DNA from: an uncultured Pseudomonadota bacterium
GTDB taxonomy: Bacteria > Pseudomonadota > Gammaproteobacteria > Burkholderiales > SG8-39
Assembly (NCBI GenBank): GCA_903921325.1
Contig: CAIXPL010000028.1
Location: 9,829 to 73,828, forward strand
Length of the DNA stretch: 64,000 nt
Direction of reading: 5' to 3'
A program made the translations under genes and the position numbers. Below, piece by piece: positions 7,553-17,391 of this stretch. Below the pieces are notes generated by a model, which was not told the DNA's origin, did no database searches, and saw nothing but the letters and a program-made list of their open reading frames with translations. Every line of letters begins with the position of its first letter. The stretch's first letter is position 1.

Positions 7553-8322
7553 TGCGCGGTATACCCACCGTCAATCACCAAGTCAGAGCCGTTCAGAAAA
7601 CGGCCACCGGATATCAGATAAAGCGCTGCACGCGCAACTTCATCGACCGAACCCACTTGACCACTGAGATAACTTGCCCCCAGCGCACGCTCGACGGCCG
7701 CTTCATCTCCGTAGCGATTGATCAGACGGTTGGTCATGAAGGCCCCCGGCGAGAGGCTAAGCGAACGAATGCCCTGGGCAGCATGGTCAACTGCGATCGA
7801 ACGCGTGAGAGCAATCAGAGCGGCTTTGGTGACCCCGTAGGCGCCACTCCCCGGGGCTGTCACATGGCCCAGTTGCGACGCAATATTGAGGACGACACCG
7901 GCGCCCGAGGCACACAGATGCGGCAGCGCGGCACGCGCCATCAACCAGGATCCGGTCAGATTGACATCAATTGCGCGACGCCACTGCGTCGCCGCTATTT
8001 CGCCTATCGGTGATTTCGGGGTTGCCACGGCGGCATTGTTCACCAGAATGTCCAGTCGCCCGAACACGGCGATAAGCGCGGTCACCGCCTCGCTCACCTG
8101 CTGTTCATCGGCAATGTCGCAAGCAGGCAAAACCACCACGGCATCGCGTCGACCGGCCGGGCCATGCCGGCGCTCAAGCGCCTGTGGGTCTACGTCGAGC
8201 AGCGCCACCTGCGCACCAGCCGCAAGACATTCACGTGCAATAGCCGCGCCCAAATCCCCGGCAGCACCGGTAATCAGGGCGACACGTCCGGCCAGGGCGA
8301 GTTCCTCTCTCATAGCGTGCAT
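7549..8322 (-). CDS. Short-chain dehydrogenase/reductase (SDR)
   Basis: GRVALITGAAGDLGAAIA (TGxxxGxG), NNAA, and the catalytic YGVTKAAL (YxxxK). Confidence 0.85.
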   Translation of the reverse strand: MHAMREELALAGRVALITGAAGDLGAAIARECLAAGAQVALLDVDPQALERRHGPAGRRDAVVVLPACDIADEQQVSEAVTALIAVFGRLDILVNNAAVATPKSPIGEIAATQWRRAIDVNLTGSWLMARAALPHLCASGAGVVLNIASQLGHVTAPGSGAYGVTKAALIALTRSIAVDHAAQGIRSLSLSPGAFMTNRLINRYGDEAAVERALGASYLSGQVGSVDEVARAALYLISGGRFLNGSDLVIDGGYTAQ

Positions 8323-8399
8323 ACGCTATCATGTAATTGGAGGCTCGCATCCTGAACTGAGCCCGATTGCGAGGAGGTCAGGATGACAGGCTGCAACGA

Positions 8400-9401
8400 A
8401 TGCACCGCGTAATTCGGATTCACCGTGTGCTCAGCGTGCTCGGCGCACTTTGTACCTTATTGCCATACAGTCTTTGCGTCAGCGCCCAATCGATCTCCAA
8501 CGGCGGCTTGAGCGGGCGACCCGTTCGCTTGATCGTGCCTTTCGCTGCCGGTGGACCAACCGATGTCATGGCGCGCGCACTGGCCGAGGTACTGGTAACG
8601 CGTCTCAATGAACCCGTGGTCGTGGAAAACCGAGCCGGGGCCGGCGGCAATATCGCGGCAGCGCACGTTGCCAGCGCTGCCGCTGATGGCCACACCTTGC
8701 TCGTGGCAGGCCAGGCGATTCTGGCCATAAACCAGGCCCTGTACACCTCGTTGCCCTACGATCCGGCACGCGATTTCACCTGGATCGGCATGCTCGGCAG
8801 TATCCCCAACGTGCTCGTTGCGCACCCTGAGGCGGTGCCAGCCACCAGCATGGCCGAGTTTCTGGCGTTGGCTCGCACTCGCACGCTCTCCTACGGCAGC
8901 AACGGTCTTGGCTCACTGTCTCACCTGACCACCGAGGCCATGGCTTTGACCGCTGGGGTCCACTTCATCCATGTGCCCTATCAGGGCGCCGCACCACAAC
9001 GCGCCGACCTGCTCTCAGGTCGGATCGGATTCACGTTGGTCGGAAGCTCAACTGCCGTACCCCTGGTACGCAGCGGCCATCTGCGAGCACTTGCCATCAG
9101 CACCGCAAAACGCTCGGCGGCTTTGCCTGATATACCCACCCTGGTCGAATCGGGCTTTCCGATGCTCGATGCCCCCGTGTGGTTTGCCGCGCTCGCGCCG
9201 GTTGCAACCCCGGCACCGATCGTGTCGGCGCTGCGCAATGCGTTCGCGCTCGCCATCGCGGAACCTTCTTACGCGGCCGAACTCAACAAACAAATGGGCG
9301 ACGTAGTCAGCGTCACCCCTGAGGCTGCAGTGCACTTGCTCGCCCGTGAACGCAAGGTCTGGGCCGACACAGTACGCGCCACTGGCGCCACTGCGCAATG
9401 A
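8400..9401 (+). CDS. Bug/TctC-family tripartite tricarboxylate transporter substrate-binding protein
   Basis: ORF 8367(TTG)..9401. ATG 8400 gives a good signal peptide, MHRVIRIHRVLSVLGALCTLLPYSLCVSAQS. The family motif PVRLIVPFAAGGPTDVMAR is present. The start is uncertain (no SD at proper spacing; see the mini-ORF finding). Confidence 0.8.
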   Translation: MHRVIRIHRVLSVLGALCTLLPYSLCVSAQSISNGGLSGRPVRLIVPFAAGGPTDVMARALAEVLVTRLNEPVVVENRAGAGGNIAAAHVASAAADGHTLLVAGQAILAINQALYTSLPYDPARDFTWIGMLGSIPNVLVAHPEAVPATSMAEFLALARTRTLSYGSNGLGSLSHLTTEAMALTAGVHFIHVPYQGAAPQRADLLSGRIGFTLVGSSTAVPLVRSGHLRALAISTAKRSAALPDIPTLVESGFPMLDAPVWFAALAPVATPAPIVSALRNAFALAIAEPSYAAELNKQMGDVVSVTPEAAVHLLARERKVWADTVRATGATAQ

Positions 9402-10360
9402 CTGGGGACGCGCGCACCATGCCAACCGACAGCACCGGGCGGTCAATGCGATTAACCGATCCGATGCAATCGAGGTCGAGCTCGATCGCACGTGCACCCG
9501 TCCACTTGCGCGCGCAGGACATCGAGGACTATCGCAAGCAGGGCTATCTGAGTCCGCTCGCCGCGTTCTCATCGCATCAGGCGCGGGCCTGGCGCGGCCG
9601 ACTGGAACAGTCCGAGCGCGTACATGGACTGCGCGATGCGCAGCGGCGCAAGATGCACTTGTACCTCACCTGGGTGGACGAGATTGCGCGCTCTGCTGCG
9701 ATTCTGGATCGAGTAGAAAATCTGATCGGTCCGGACATTCTCGTGTACCACATCACCTTGTGGCTAAAAGAGCCGCACACAGACGCCTTCGTCAGTTGGC
9801 ACCAGGACTCGACCTATTTCGGGCTGACACCGGCGGATCATGTCACTGCCTGGGTGGCACTATCGCCCAGCAACGATCGGAGCGGCTGCGTGCAGGTCAT
9901 CCCGGGCAGTCACCATCAAGGCCAGCTCGCACACGATGTGGCGCTTAATCCTGCCAATCTGTTTCCAACGGGCCATCAAGTCCAGGTGGATGGCACGGCA
10001 ACGGTGGCATCGATGCCTCTGGCCCCGGGCGAGTTTTCTCTGCATCACACCTACCTTCTGCACCATTCGATGGCCAATCAATCCGACGATCGCCGGATCG
10101 GCCTTGGCATCAGCTATATACCGACACGCTGCCGTTGCATTGCCAGCACCCGGTTGTCCGCCTCGTTGGTTCGAGGGACCGATCGGTTCGGGCATTTTGA
10201 TCTCGACCCCCATCCGCGCGCTGATCATGATCCGGCAGCACTTGCGGTGCACGCTCGGGCCATGCAACGATGGGGAGATGCGCGCGCCGAGCTGATTCCA
10301 ATGGCTCATCGCCAGGATGGCAGCCCGACGGCTACCGGAGGCCAAGCCCACTATGAGTGA
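9398..10360 (+). CDS. Phytanoyl-CoA dioxygenase (PhyH)-family Fe(II)/2-oxoglutarate oxygenase
   Basis: YRKQGYLSPL.., the facial-triad context VSWHQDSTYF (HxD), and VTAWVALSPSNDRSGCVQVIPGSHHQG. The ATG overlaps the stop of the Bug gene (ATGA at 9398). Confidence 0.75.
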   Translation: MTGDARTMPTDSTGRSMRLTDPMQSRSSSIARAPVHLRAQDIEDYRKQGYLSPLAAFSSHQARAWRGRLEQSERVHGLRDAQRRKMHLYLTWVDEIARSAAILDRVENLIGPDILVYHITLWLKEPHTDAFVSWHQDSTYFGLTPADHVTAWVALSPSNDRSGCVQVIPGSHHQGQLAHDVALNPANLFPTGHQVQVDGTATVASMPLAPGEFSLHHTYLLHHSMANQSDDRRIGLGISYIPTRCRCIASTRLSASLVRGTDRFGHFDLDPHPRADHDPAALAVHARAMQRWGDARAELIPMAHRQDGSPTATGGQAHYE

Positions 10361-11606
10361 ACCCGCAACGCAAGCCAGTCTGCACTGGCCGGATGAAGGC
10401 TATCGACGCGTGCCCTACCGGGTCTACACCGATGCTGGTGTCTATGCGCAAGAGCAGGCACGATTGTTTCGCGGTCCGATGTGGCACTACCTCGCACTGA
10501 CCGCTGAGTTGCCCCAAGCGGGCGATTTCAAGACCACGTTTGTCGGCGACACACCAATCATTGTGACGCATGGCCTCGACGGACAATTCAACGCCTTCGT
10601 CAACCGCTGCGCCCATCGCGGCAGCCTCGTTTGCCTGGAGGCCAATGGGAACAAACCGGATGGCTTCACCTGTGTCTATCACGCATGGAGCTACGATCTG
10701 GCAGGCAATATGACCAGCGCGGCGTTTCGACGCGGCGTGCGTGGCCAGGGTGGACTGCCTGCGGATTTTGATCTGCGTGAGCATGGCTTGCAGCGCCTGC
10801 GCATCGGGCAATGTGGCGGCATCCTGTTCGGCACCTTGAGCGACGAAGCCGAATCGCTGGAAGATTATCTTGGACCCGTGGCTACCCGCGGCATTCTGCG
10901 CGCGATGAATCGTCCAATAAAAATCCTTGGTTACGACAGTCAGATCATCCCCGCCAACTGGAAGACCTATCACGAGAATACCCGTGACACTTTCCACGCC
11001 AACATCCTGCACACCTTCTTTGGCACCTTCGGTGCCTCTCGCCAATCGCAGGAATCGGCAACCATCATCGACCCGCAGGGTCGCCACCTTTATGTCTACA
11101 CCAAGCGGGGCACCGAGGTGCAGAGCGCAGACTATGACAACGCCGCCGCGTCGCTGCGCTCAGTGAATAGCGACTTCACGCTCAATGACCATTCGGTGAT
11201 CGACTGGACCGATGAATATGGTGATGGCTGCTCGGTCTTCATCACCACGATGTTCCCCAATTTTGTTATCCATCAGGTGCAGCACAGCCTGGGTGTGCGT
11301 CAACTGATCCCGAAAGGCCCTGATCGGTGCGAACTGATCTACACCTATTTCGGTTATGCCGATGACAGCGAGGCAATGCAGGCAACACGCCTCGCGCATA
11401 TCAACGCAACCGGATCGGCGGGCCTGGTCTCGATGGAGGACGGCGCCGTCTGCGAATTCGTGCGCCAAGGCATTGCCGGCAGCGGCGAGGCGGCCTCGTT
11501 CATCGAGATGGGCGGCAAAGACCTGGCGAGTGGCGGTGACACCAAGTTGTCTGAAAAACCGTTGCGACATTTCTGGAATGTATATCGTGGGTACATGGAC
11601 TTGTGA
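10353..11606 (+). CDS. Rieske non-haem-iron aromatic-ring-hydroxylating oxygenase, alpha subunit
   Basis: ORF 10317..11606 trimmed to ATG 10353, which overlaps the PhyH stop. Rieske motif CAHRGSLVC..x..CVYHAWSY and mononuclear-iron motif NTRDTFHANILH (DxxHxxxxH). Confidence 0.85.
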   Translation: MSEPATQASLHWPDEGYRRVPYRVYTDAGVYAQEQARLFRGPMWHYLALTAELPQAGDFKTTFVGDTPIIVTHGLDGQFNAFVNRCAHRGSLVCLEANGNKPDGFTCVYHAWSYDLAGNMTSAAFRRGVRGQGGLPADFDLREHGLQRLRIGQCGGILFGTLSDEAESLEDYLGPVATRGILRAMNRPIKILGYDSQIIPANWKTYHENTRDTFHANILHTFFGTFGASRQSQESATIIDPQGRHLYVYTKRGTEVQSADYDNAAASLRSVNSDFTLNDHSVIDWTDEYGDGCSVFITTMFPNFVIHQVQHSLGVRQLIPKGPDRCELIYTYFGYADDSEAMQATRLAHINATGSAGLVSMEDGAVCEFVRQGIAGSGEAASFIEMGGKDLASGGDTKLSEKPLRHFWNVYRGYMDL

Positions 11607-12205
11607 TGACTACCAATCCTGACTCTGACGTGAAGACGCAAGGCACTGTGTCACCCAGCAAAGCCACTGGCCGCCACGGATCCGGTGCCCTCATCGGTTC
11701 CATCGCACCCAGTGCGCCTGGTGCGCACAGTGAGCCAAGCGAAGCCGACCGGCGTCGGGTCGAAGCGCTGATCCATCGCACTGCACGCGCAATCGATGAT
11801 GATCGGCTCGAGTCATTTCCAGATTTTTTTACAGAAGACGGCATCTACCAGGTGGCCTCGCGCTTCAACGTCGAACGTGGGCTACCGATGGCGCAGATCA
11901 ACTGCCGCAATCGCGGCATGATCATCGATCGGATTGCCTCGCTGCGGCATGCCAATATCTACGGCAAGCATCGTTATCGTCATCTGATCAGCTCGATCGA
12001 GATCGAGTCACAGACTGGTACGTCAATGCGTGTGCGCACCAGTTATCTGGTGATCAGAATCATGGACGACGGCACCTCGACGATATTCTCCAGTGGTGAG
12101 TATCAAGACATGATCGTGCTCGAATCTGGCGCTGCGCGGTTTCGCGAACGACGAGTGATATTTGATTCAAAAAGCATCGATACGCTGCTGGTGATTCCCC
12201 TTTGA
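11606..12205 (+). CDS. Ring-hydroxylating oxygenase beta subunit (NTF2/SnoaL-like)
   Basis: TGATG overlap with the alpha-subunit stop. FFTEDGIYQVASRFNVERGLPMAQINCRNRGMIIDRIASLRHANIYGKHRYRHLIS is typical of the small subunit. It carries a ~45-aa Ser/Pro/Ala-rich N-terminal extension. Confidence 0.8.
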   Translation: MTTNPDSDVKTQGTVSPSKATGRHGSGALIGSIAPSAPGAHSEPSEADRRRVEALIHRTARAIDDDRLESFPDFFTEDGIYQVASRFNVERGLPMAQINCRNRGMIIDRIASLRHANIYGKHRYRHLISSIEIESQTGTSMRVRTSYLVIRIMDDGTSTIFSSGEYQDMIVLESGAARFRERRVIFDSKSIDTLLVIPL

Positions 12206-12304
12206 GGAGATGCCGCTTTGAAGCGATTGCCCTTTGGGGTGATTTCCACTTAAGGTAATTTCCCTTTGACGGAAGGCGGCAATGCAGCGACCGACGGAGC
12301 GAAC

Positions 12305-13321
12305 ATGAGCGAGACAACAAGCCAGTCGACGGACAGCGGCAGGGCGCCGACAAAACGCGCCAGGGTTGCTATCGCCATAGGCGACCCGGCCGGAATTGGC
12401 TGTGAAATTACCCTGAAGGCGCTGGCCGACCCGCTCATCCGACCCTGGTGCGATCCGGTCGTCGTCGGCGATCGCTGGTTGATCGAGCGCTGCAATCAGG
12501 CGTTCAATCTCGGTTGGAATGTGCGGCCAGTGCATGATCCGCGGCAGCTTGTGTTTGACCCGCAACACCTCAATGTCCTCGACATCGCAGGACGTCCGGA
12601 AGCGGACTTTCGCTTCGGTGAGACCGCGGCGATCAACGGTCGCGCGCTCATCGCCTACGTTACTGCTGCCGTCGGGCTCGCTCAACGCGGCCTGGTCGAC
12701 TGCGTCATCGCCGCACCACAGAACGAGACTTCGGTCGCCCAGGCCGGTATCCCGTTTGACGGCTATTCGAGCTTTGTGGCGCGGCTGACCGACACTGCGG
12801 CAGAGGATGCGTTTCTGATGCTGCGCTCGCACCGGTTTCGGATCTGCCACGCCACGCTGCATATTTCACTGCGCGAGGCGATTGCTCAGATCACCCAGAC
12901 GCGCGTGTTCAAAGCCATCTGTGCCACGGCGGCCGCGACACAGCGCATGGGGGTTGCCAACCCACGCATTGCGGTCAGTGGTCTGAACCCGCATGCGGGT
13001 GAGCACGGTCTGTTCGGCAGCGAGGAGATCGAGCACATCGCACCGGCTATTGCGCAAGCCCGTGCCAGCGGAATCGATGCGCATGGACCATGGGGAGCCG
13101 ATGTCATGTTCGCACGCGAAACATTTGATGCCTGCGTCGTCATGATTCACGATCAAGGGCACATCCCAGGCAAGCTTGAACAAGGTAGCGCCGGTTTCGC
13201 GATTGGCACGCCCATCGTGTTTGCCAGCGTGGCCCACGGCAGCGCGCACGACATCGCTGGCCGCGGCAGTGCTGATCCGGGAAGTTTGATCAACGCCATT
13301 CAATGGGCATGCGGATCATGA
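12305..13321 (+). CDS. PdxA-family NAD-dependent dehydrogenase (TphB-like dihydrodiol dehydrogenase candidate)
   Basis: ORF 12266(TTG)..13321 trimmed to ATG 12305 (GGAG 6 nt upstream). Motifs are RVAIAIGDPAGIGCEITLKAL, SGLNPHAGEHGLFG, IHDQGHIP and SVAHGSAHDIAGRG. Confidence 0.8.
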   Translation: MSETTSQSTDSGRAPTKRARVAIAIGDPAGIGCEITLKALADPLIRPWCDPVVVGDRWLIERCNQAFNLGWNVRPVHDPRQLVFDPQHLNVLDIAGRPEADFRFGETAAINGRALIAYVTAAVGLAQRGLVDCVIAAPQNETSVAQAGIPFDGYSSFVARLTDTAAEDAFLMLRSHRFRICHATLHISLREAIAQITQTRVFKAICATAAATQRMGVANPRIAVSGLNPHAGEHGLFGSEEIEHIAPAIAQARASGIDAHGPWGADVMFARETFDACVVMIHDQGHIPGKLEQGSAGFAIGTPIVFASVAHGSAHDIAGRGSADPGSLINAIQWACGS

Positions 13322-14346
13322 GTCCAACCCAATTCGCCAGGCTGCGCGGTGCATTGCGAGTCATGCGCGTGGGCCCACCGGCTATCGCACTCGCATCATG
13401 CATCGGTCTGTCGCAAGCGGCACCCGCTTGGGGGCAGGCTTCACCCTACCCGGCTAAAGCGGTTCGCCTGGTTGTGCCGCAACCGGCAGGTGGAGGTTAT
13501 GACACGATTGCCCGGGTGATCGGGTCACAGCTGCAAACGCAGTGGGGTCAGGCGGTCGTTGTGGAAAATCGCCCCGGCGGCAATGCAATCCCGGGGACGG
13601 ACATCGTTGCCAAGGCTGCGCCCGATGGCTACACCGCGCTGATGGGGGGCATCGGACCGAACGCCATCAATCCGGTTCTCTTTACGCATCTTCCGTACGA
13701 TTCGGTGCGCGATTTCGCCCCAGTGATCCTGGTCGCCGGTTCAGCCAACCTGTTGGTCGTCAATCCGGCGTTGCCCGCACGCACTGTCAATGAACTGGTG
13801 CGCCTGCTGAAGGCCGCGAGTGCCAAGCCGCTCAGCTTCGGCAGTAATGGAACTGGCAGCTCCACCCACCTTGCCTCGGAAATGTTTCTCGGCATGGCGG
13901 GTGCTCAAGCGGTCCATATTCCCTACAAGGGCAGCGCACCGATGGTTACAGCCCTGCTCGGTGACCAGGTCGAGCTCGCATTCATGACCATTGTCGACAT
14001 CCTCCCGCATGTGAAGGAGGGTCGAGTTCGTGCACTGGCAATTGCAACCCAGCGGCGCAACCCCTTGCTACCCGACGTGCCGACCATCGGCGAGGCCGGG
14101 TACCCTGGCGGTGAATCGACCGCCTGGTTCGGCGTGTTGATGCCAGCCGGAACGCCGCGCGAGATCATCAACAAGGTGAATGGCGATATCAACCGCGCCC
14201 TGCAATCTGCCGATGTGCGACAGCGCCTGACACAAAACGGCACCGAGCTGATCGGTGGCACCCCGGAACAATTCGGTGAGTTCATTCAAAGCGAAATCAC
14301 GCGCTGGTCGCGGGTGGTCAGTGAACGCGGCGTGCGCAGCGATTAA
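13318..14346 (+). CDS. Bug/TctC-family substrate-binding protein
   Basis: ATG 13318 overlaps the pdxA-like stop (ATGA). Signal peptide ..ALASCIGLSQAAPAWGQ and motif AVRLVVPQPAGGGYDTIAR. Confidence 0.85.
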   Translation: MSPTQFARLRGALRVMRVGPPAIALASCIGLSQAAPAWGQASPYPAKAVRLVVPQPAGGGYDTIARVIGSQLQTQWGQAVVVENRPGGNAIPGTDIVAKAAPDGYTALMGGIGPNAINPVLFTHLPYDSVRDFAPVILVAGSANLLVVNPALPARTVNELVRLLKAASAKPLSFGSNGTGSSTHLASEMFLGMAGAQAVHIPYKGSAPMVTALLGDQVELAFMTIVDILPHVKEGRVRALAIATQRRNPLLPDVPTIGEAGYPGGESTAWFGVLMPAGTPREIINKVNGDINRALQSADVRQRLTQNGTELIGGTPEQFGEFIQSEITRWSRVVSERGVRSD

Positions 14347-15296
14347 GACACTATCAGATCGATTGGTGCGCCTGCCGCCCAGGCCCTAACCGCGGCGAAG
14401 GCGCCTCCGAAAAAGCCTTCATAGGTTGTGCGCTCGGCTCCACCCAGATGCGGTGTGCAGAGGGCATTGGGTAGGGCTAGCAGGGGGTCTTTTGCGGTTG
14501 CGGCCGGTTCGATATCAAACACATCAATCGCCGCCTGCCCCGGGCGCCCCGCCTTCAGTGCGGATACCAGGGCACCCGCCTGAATCAACTGCGCGCGGCT
14601 GGTGTTGACCAGCATTGAGCCGGGCGACATATGCGCCAGATCGGCCGCCGACACGCTCGCGCGAGTCTGTGCGTTAAGAGCTAGGTGAATTGACAACACA
14701 TCGGCGCGAGAAAAAAACCGCTCACGCGAGGACTCAAAATCGAACCCATCGGCTTGTGCGCGCTGGCGCGAGCCCTCACCGCCATGGGCAAGAACCCGCA
14801 TGCCAAACAGCCCTGCACTCGCAGCCACTCGCGCACCGATGCGGCCATAACCGAGAATGCCCAGGGTTTGCCCGCGCACTGACTGGCCCAAAACACCTTG
14901 CCAGCGGCCTGAGCGCAGCCCTTGCACTTCGTCAAAGAGCCGGCGCCGTGCCGCGAGGATTAACGCCCAGGTCAGCTCCGCAGTGGCCTCGGTTGAAAAC
15001 CCCTGAGCGCTCACGGCAATGCCGCGTTCGGCACACGCGGCAAGATCGATATGGCTGATCCCGGCACCGGTTTGCGCGATGAATTTCAACCCTGGCAACC
15101 GCTCAAGCAACGTGACGGTGATCGGCGTGCGATCGCGAAACAGCACCACGGCATCGGCATCCTGCCAGCGCGTCGCCGCGCGCTCCACGGTTCCGGCGCG
15201 TTCGCGCTCAATCCGCACCCGATAGCCGCGCAATTCACCGTAGCAGTGCAATTGCTCGACCACGTCCAGCTCATCATCGGCGATCACAATCTGCAT
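14343..15296 (-). CDS. D-isomer-specific 2-hydroxyacid dehydrogenase (NAD-binding)
   Basis: ORF 14343..15461 trimmed to MQIVIADD (ATG 15296, GGAG 9 nt upstream). Motifs are GILGYGRIGARVA (GxGxxG), LVNTSRAQL and CTPHLGG. Confidence 0.85.
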   Translation of the reverse strand: MQIVIADDELDVVEQLHCYGELRGYRVRIERERAGTVERAATRWQDADAVVLFRDRTPITVTLLERLPGLKFIAQTGAGISHIDLAACAERGIAVSAQGFSTEATAELTWALILAARRRLFDEVQGLRSGRWQGVLGQSVRGQTLGILGYGRIGARVAASAGLFGMRVLAHGGEGSRQRAQADGFDFESSRERFFSRADVLSIHLALNAQTRASVSAADLAHMSPGSMLVNTSRAQLIQAGALVSALKAGRPGQAAIDVFDIEPAATAKDPLLALPNALCTPHLGGAERTTYEGFFGGAFAAVRAWAAGAPIDLIVS

Positions 15297-15531
15297 TGAA
15301 GCACTCCGTTTGCCATCGTCTACCCGGTGCGCGGCGCTCAAGCCCCGGCCACATGCGCAACGACGACACCTCTGTCGCACACCGCAGTCCGAAACGGGCA
15401 CAGCTTGCGACACGAGCGCCGCGACACGTGCACGTGCATCTGCAATGAAAGTATCACGCAAGCCGGTGTAAGCTGAAGCGATTCACGGTCTGCACCCTGC
15501 AATCACGATAGACCCACCGACAGGATTTGCC

Positions 15532-15981
15532 ATGATCACCATTGAACAAGTGGATCACCTGGGTATTCGGGTAACCGATCCGCGGCGCGCCATCGCTTTT
15601 TACCAGTTGCTGGGATTTCAGCTCGAGAAGGAAGTCGATTTCGATGCCGTCGTGATACTCAAGAATGCTGCCGGCATGGAATTGAACCTGATCGTCAACG
15701 GTGTGGACACCACCGATGGGCGCAACATCCTGATGGATGTACCAGAGAAGCACCCAGGACTCACCCATGTCGCGCTCAGAGTATCTGACATCGTCGCGAC
15801 GATGACAGCGCTGAAAACCAACGGCATCGCCATTACCCAAGGTCCGGTCACCTTTGGCGACGGACACGTCTCGGTGTTCGTGCGCGACCCCGATCGCACG
15901 GTGCTGGAACTGCGCGCACGGCTTGCCCCTGGTGTGGCCGAGACCATCGAAGGCCTGGTGTTCTACGACCCTGAAGGCTGA
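15532..15981 (+). CDS. VOC/glyoxalase-family protein
   Basis: MITIEQVDHLGIRVTDPRRAIAFYQLLGF and LTHVALRVSDIVAT..VFVRDPDRTVLEL show the two-module VOC fold. Confidence 0.8.
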   Translation: MITIEQVDHLGIRVTDPRRAIAFYQLLGFQLEKEVDFDAVVILKNAAGMELNLIVNGVDTTDGRNILMDVPEKHPGLTHVALRVSDIVATMTALKTNGIAITQGPVTFGDGHVSVFVRDPDRTVLELRARLAPGVAETIEGLVFYDPEG

Positions 15982-17249
15982 GCGTTCTGCCGCAGAGTTG
16001 CGCGCAGGGCCAGGGTGACGAGCAGTAGAACCAGAGCGCTCAAACCGAGCGACCAGTGCACCCCGACCAGACTGCCAAACAAGCCTACGGTGATACCACT
16101 GAAGGATCGCAAGCCATTGACCGCGGTATTGAATAAACCGATGACGCGACCGCGCGAAGCAGCCGGTGCATGCATTTGCACGATGGTCTGCGCCATGGAG
16201 CTATACGCGAGCATGAGAAACCCGGCTACGAACATCATGCACACCGAGAAGGCGAAACTGGTCGAGGCGGCAAACGCAATAATGGCGCAGCACCACAGCA
16301 GTACCAGAGTCACGGCGGTGTTCGGCGTCACCCGCAACAGGCCCCTGGTCTCCAGGACAATACTGGCGATGATGGCGCCCACGGCGTTTGATGACAGCAG
16401 CAAGGTGTAGGAATAATCGGCTCGATCAGCGCCCAGATCGTGAGCAAATTGCGGCATCTGCGCCTGAAACGCATTGCTGACAAAAAACGATGTCGCCCCA
16501 CCCAGTAACAACATGGAAATGATGCGGCGATCGTGTATCACCGTACGCACCGTGGCAGTGATGTCCCCCAGACCAGAGCGGGTCGGGCGCGGCGCCGGGC
16601 CATGCGATCCGCGACCAAAGCGGGTCAGGCTGCACCAGGTGATCGCAGGGATGAACAGGACGGCGTTAACAAGAATCGCCCAGGACGGACCAAATGCGAG
16701 CATCAGCCCGCCCCCCACCGCCGGACCCATCAGAATCCCCAAAGTACGCGCCGTGGCGTTGAGCCGCACCGCACTTTGCAGTTCCTCGGGCGTGACCATT
16801 TCATGCAGGATAACCTGACCCGCTGGGGTCCACAACATGCCCGCCATACCGTGAATGGTCAGCAAGGCAATCACATGCCAGTAGGCTAGATGACCACTTA
16901 AAAATAGCACTCCCCAGGCGAGCGAGGCAAACATGAACAGCGCCTGCGCGATCTGGATAATCCGTCGACACGGATAGCGATCAGCGAGGCCGCCGGCCCA
17001 GACCGATAGCAGCAGAAAGGGCACCCAATGGGTGAGCACGGCAATGCCGCCGAGCGTGGGTGAGTGGAATTTCTGGAACATCACCCAGTAGCTGATGACA
17101 TGTTCGATATTGTCGGCCGTCATGGCGACCGCGCTGCAAATGAAGAACTTGCGATAGCCTGGATTGCGCAAAGCGGCGAATGACCGGGCACTGCGCGAAG
17201 CGGGTGCTTTGCCTGAGGATGAAGCAGTGGAAGGGTCGGGGGGGGCCAT
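15963..17249 (-). CDS. MFS transporter
   Basis: 428 aa with about 12 hydrophobic segments and a GGLADRYPCRR-type loop 2-3 motif. Its 3' end overlaps the convergent VOC gene by 19 nt. Confidence 0.8.
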   Translation of the reverse strand: MAPPDPSTASSSGKAPASRSARSFAALRNPGYRKFFICSAVAMTADNIEHVISYWVMFQKFHSPTLGGIAVLTHWVPFLLLSVWAGGLADRYPCRRIIQIAQALFMFASLAWGVLFLSGHLAYWHVIALLTIHGMAGMLWTPAGQVILHEMVTPEELQSAVRLNATARTLGILMGPAVGGGLMLAFGPSWAILVNAVLFIPAITWCSLTRFGRGSHGPAPRPTRSGLGDITATVRTVIHDRRIISMLLLGGATSFFVSNAFQAQMPQFAHDLGADRADYSYTLLLSSNAVGAIIASIVLETRGLLRVTPNTAVTLVLLWCCAIIAFAASTSFAFSVCMMFVAGFLMLAYSSMAQTIVQMHAPAASRGRVIGLFNTAVNGLRSFSGITVGLFGSLVGVHWSLGLSALVLLLVTLALRATLRQNAQPSGS

Positions 17250-17330
17250 AGCGGAATCAAAAGTGAGCGCGGCAGGGCGAGCCGCGCTGCGGTGTTAGTG
17301 ACAGCAAGAAGGGGTAGAGGAGAAATACCG

Positions 17331-17361
17331 CGTCACAAGCGGCCTGGAAGCACTTGTGACG
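17331..17361 (-). terminator. Possible stem-loop terminator after the MBL-fold gene
   Basis: CGTCACAAG-N13-CTTGTGACG (9-bp stem) lies 31 nt after the stop of the minus-strand MBL gene. On the minus strand it is followed by CGGTATTTCTCC, which is only moderately T-rich. Confidence 0.3.
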
Positions 17362-17391
17362 CGCACGCCCGGCGCCGTGACAATGGTGACC

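Noticed and set aside
15430-15445. CACGTGCACGTG double palindrome in the 2-hydroxyacid dehydrogenase/VOC divergent region as a regulator site
   Set aside because: It is a single occurrence of a short GC-rich self-complementary motif, with no partner site or regulator gene. It is plausible by chance in high-GC DNA.
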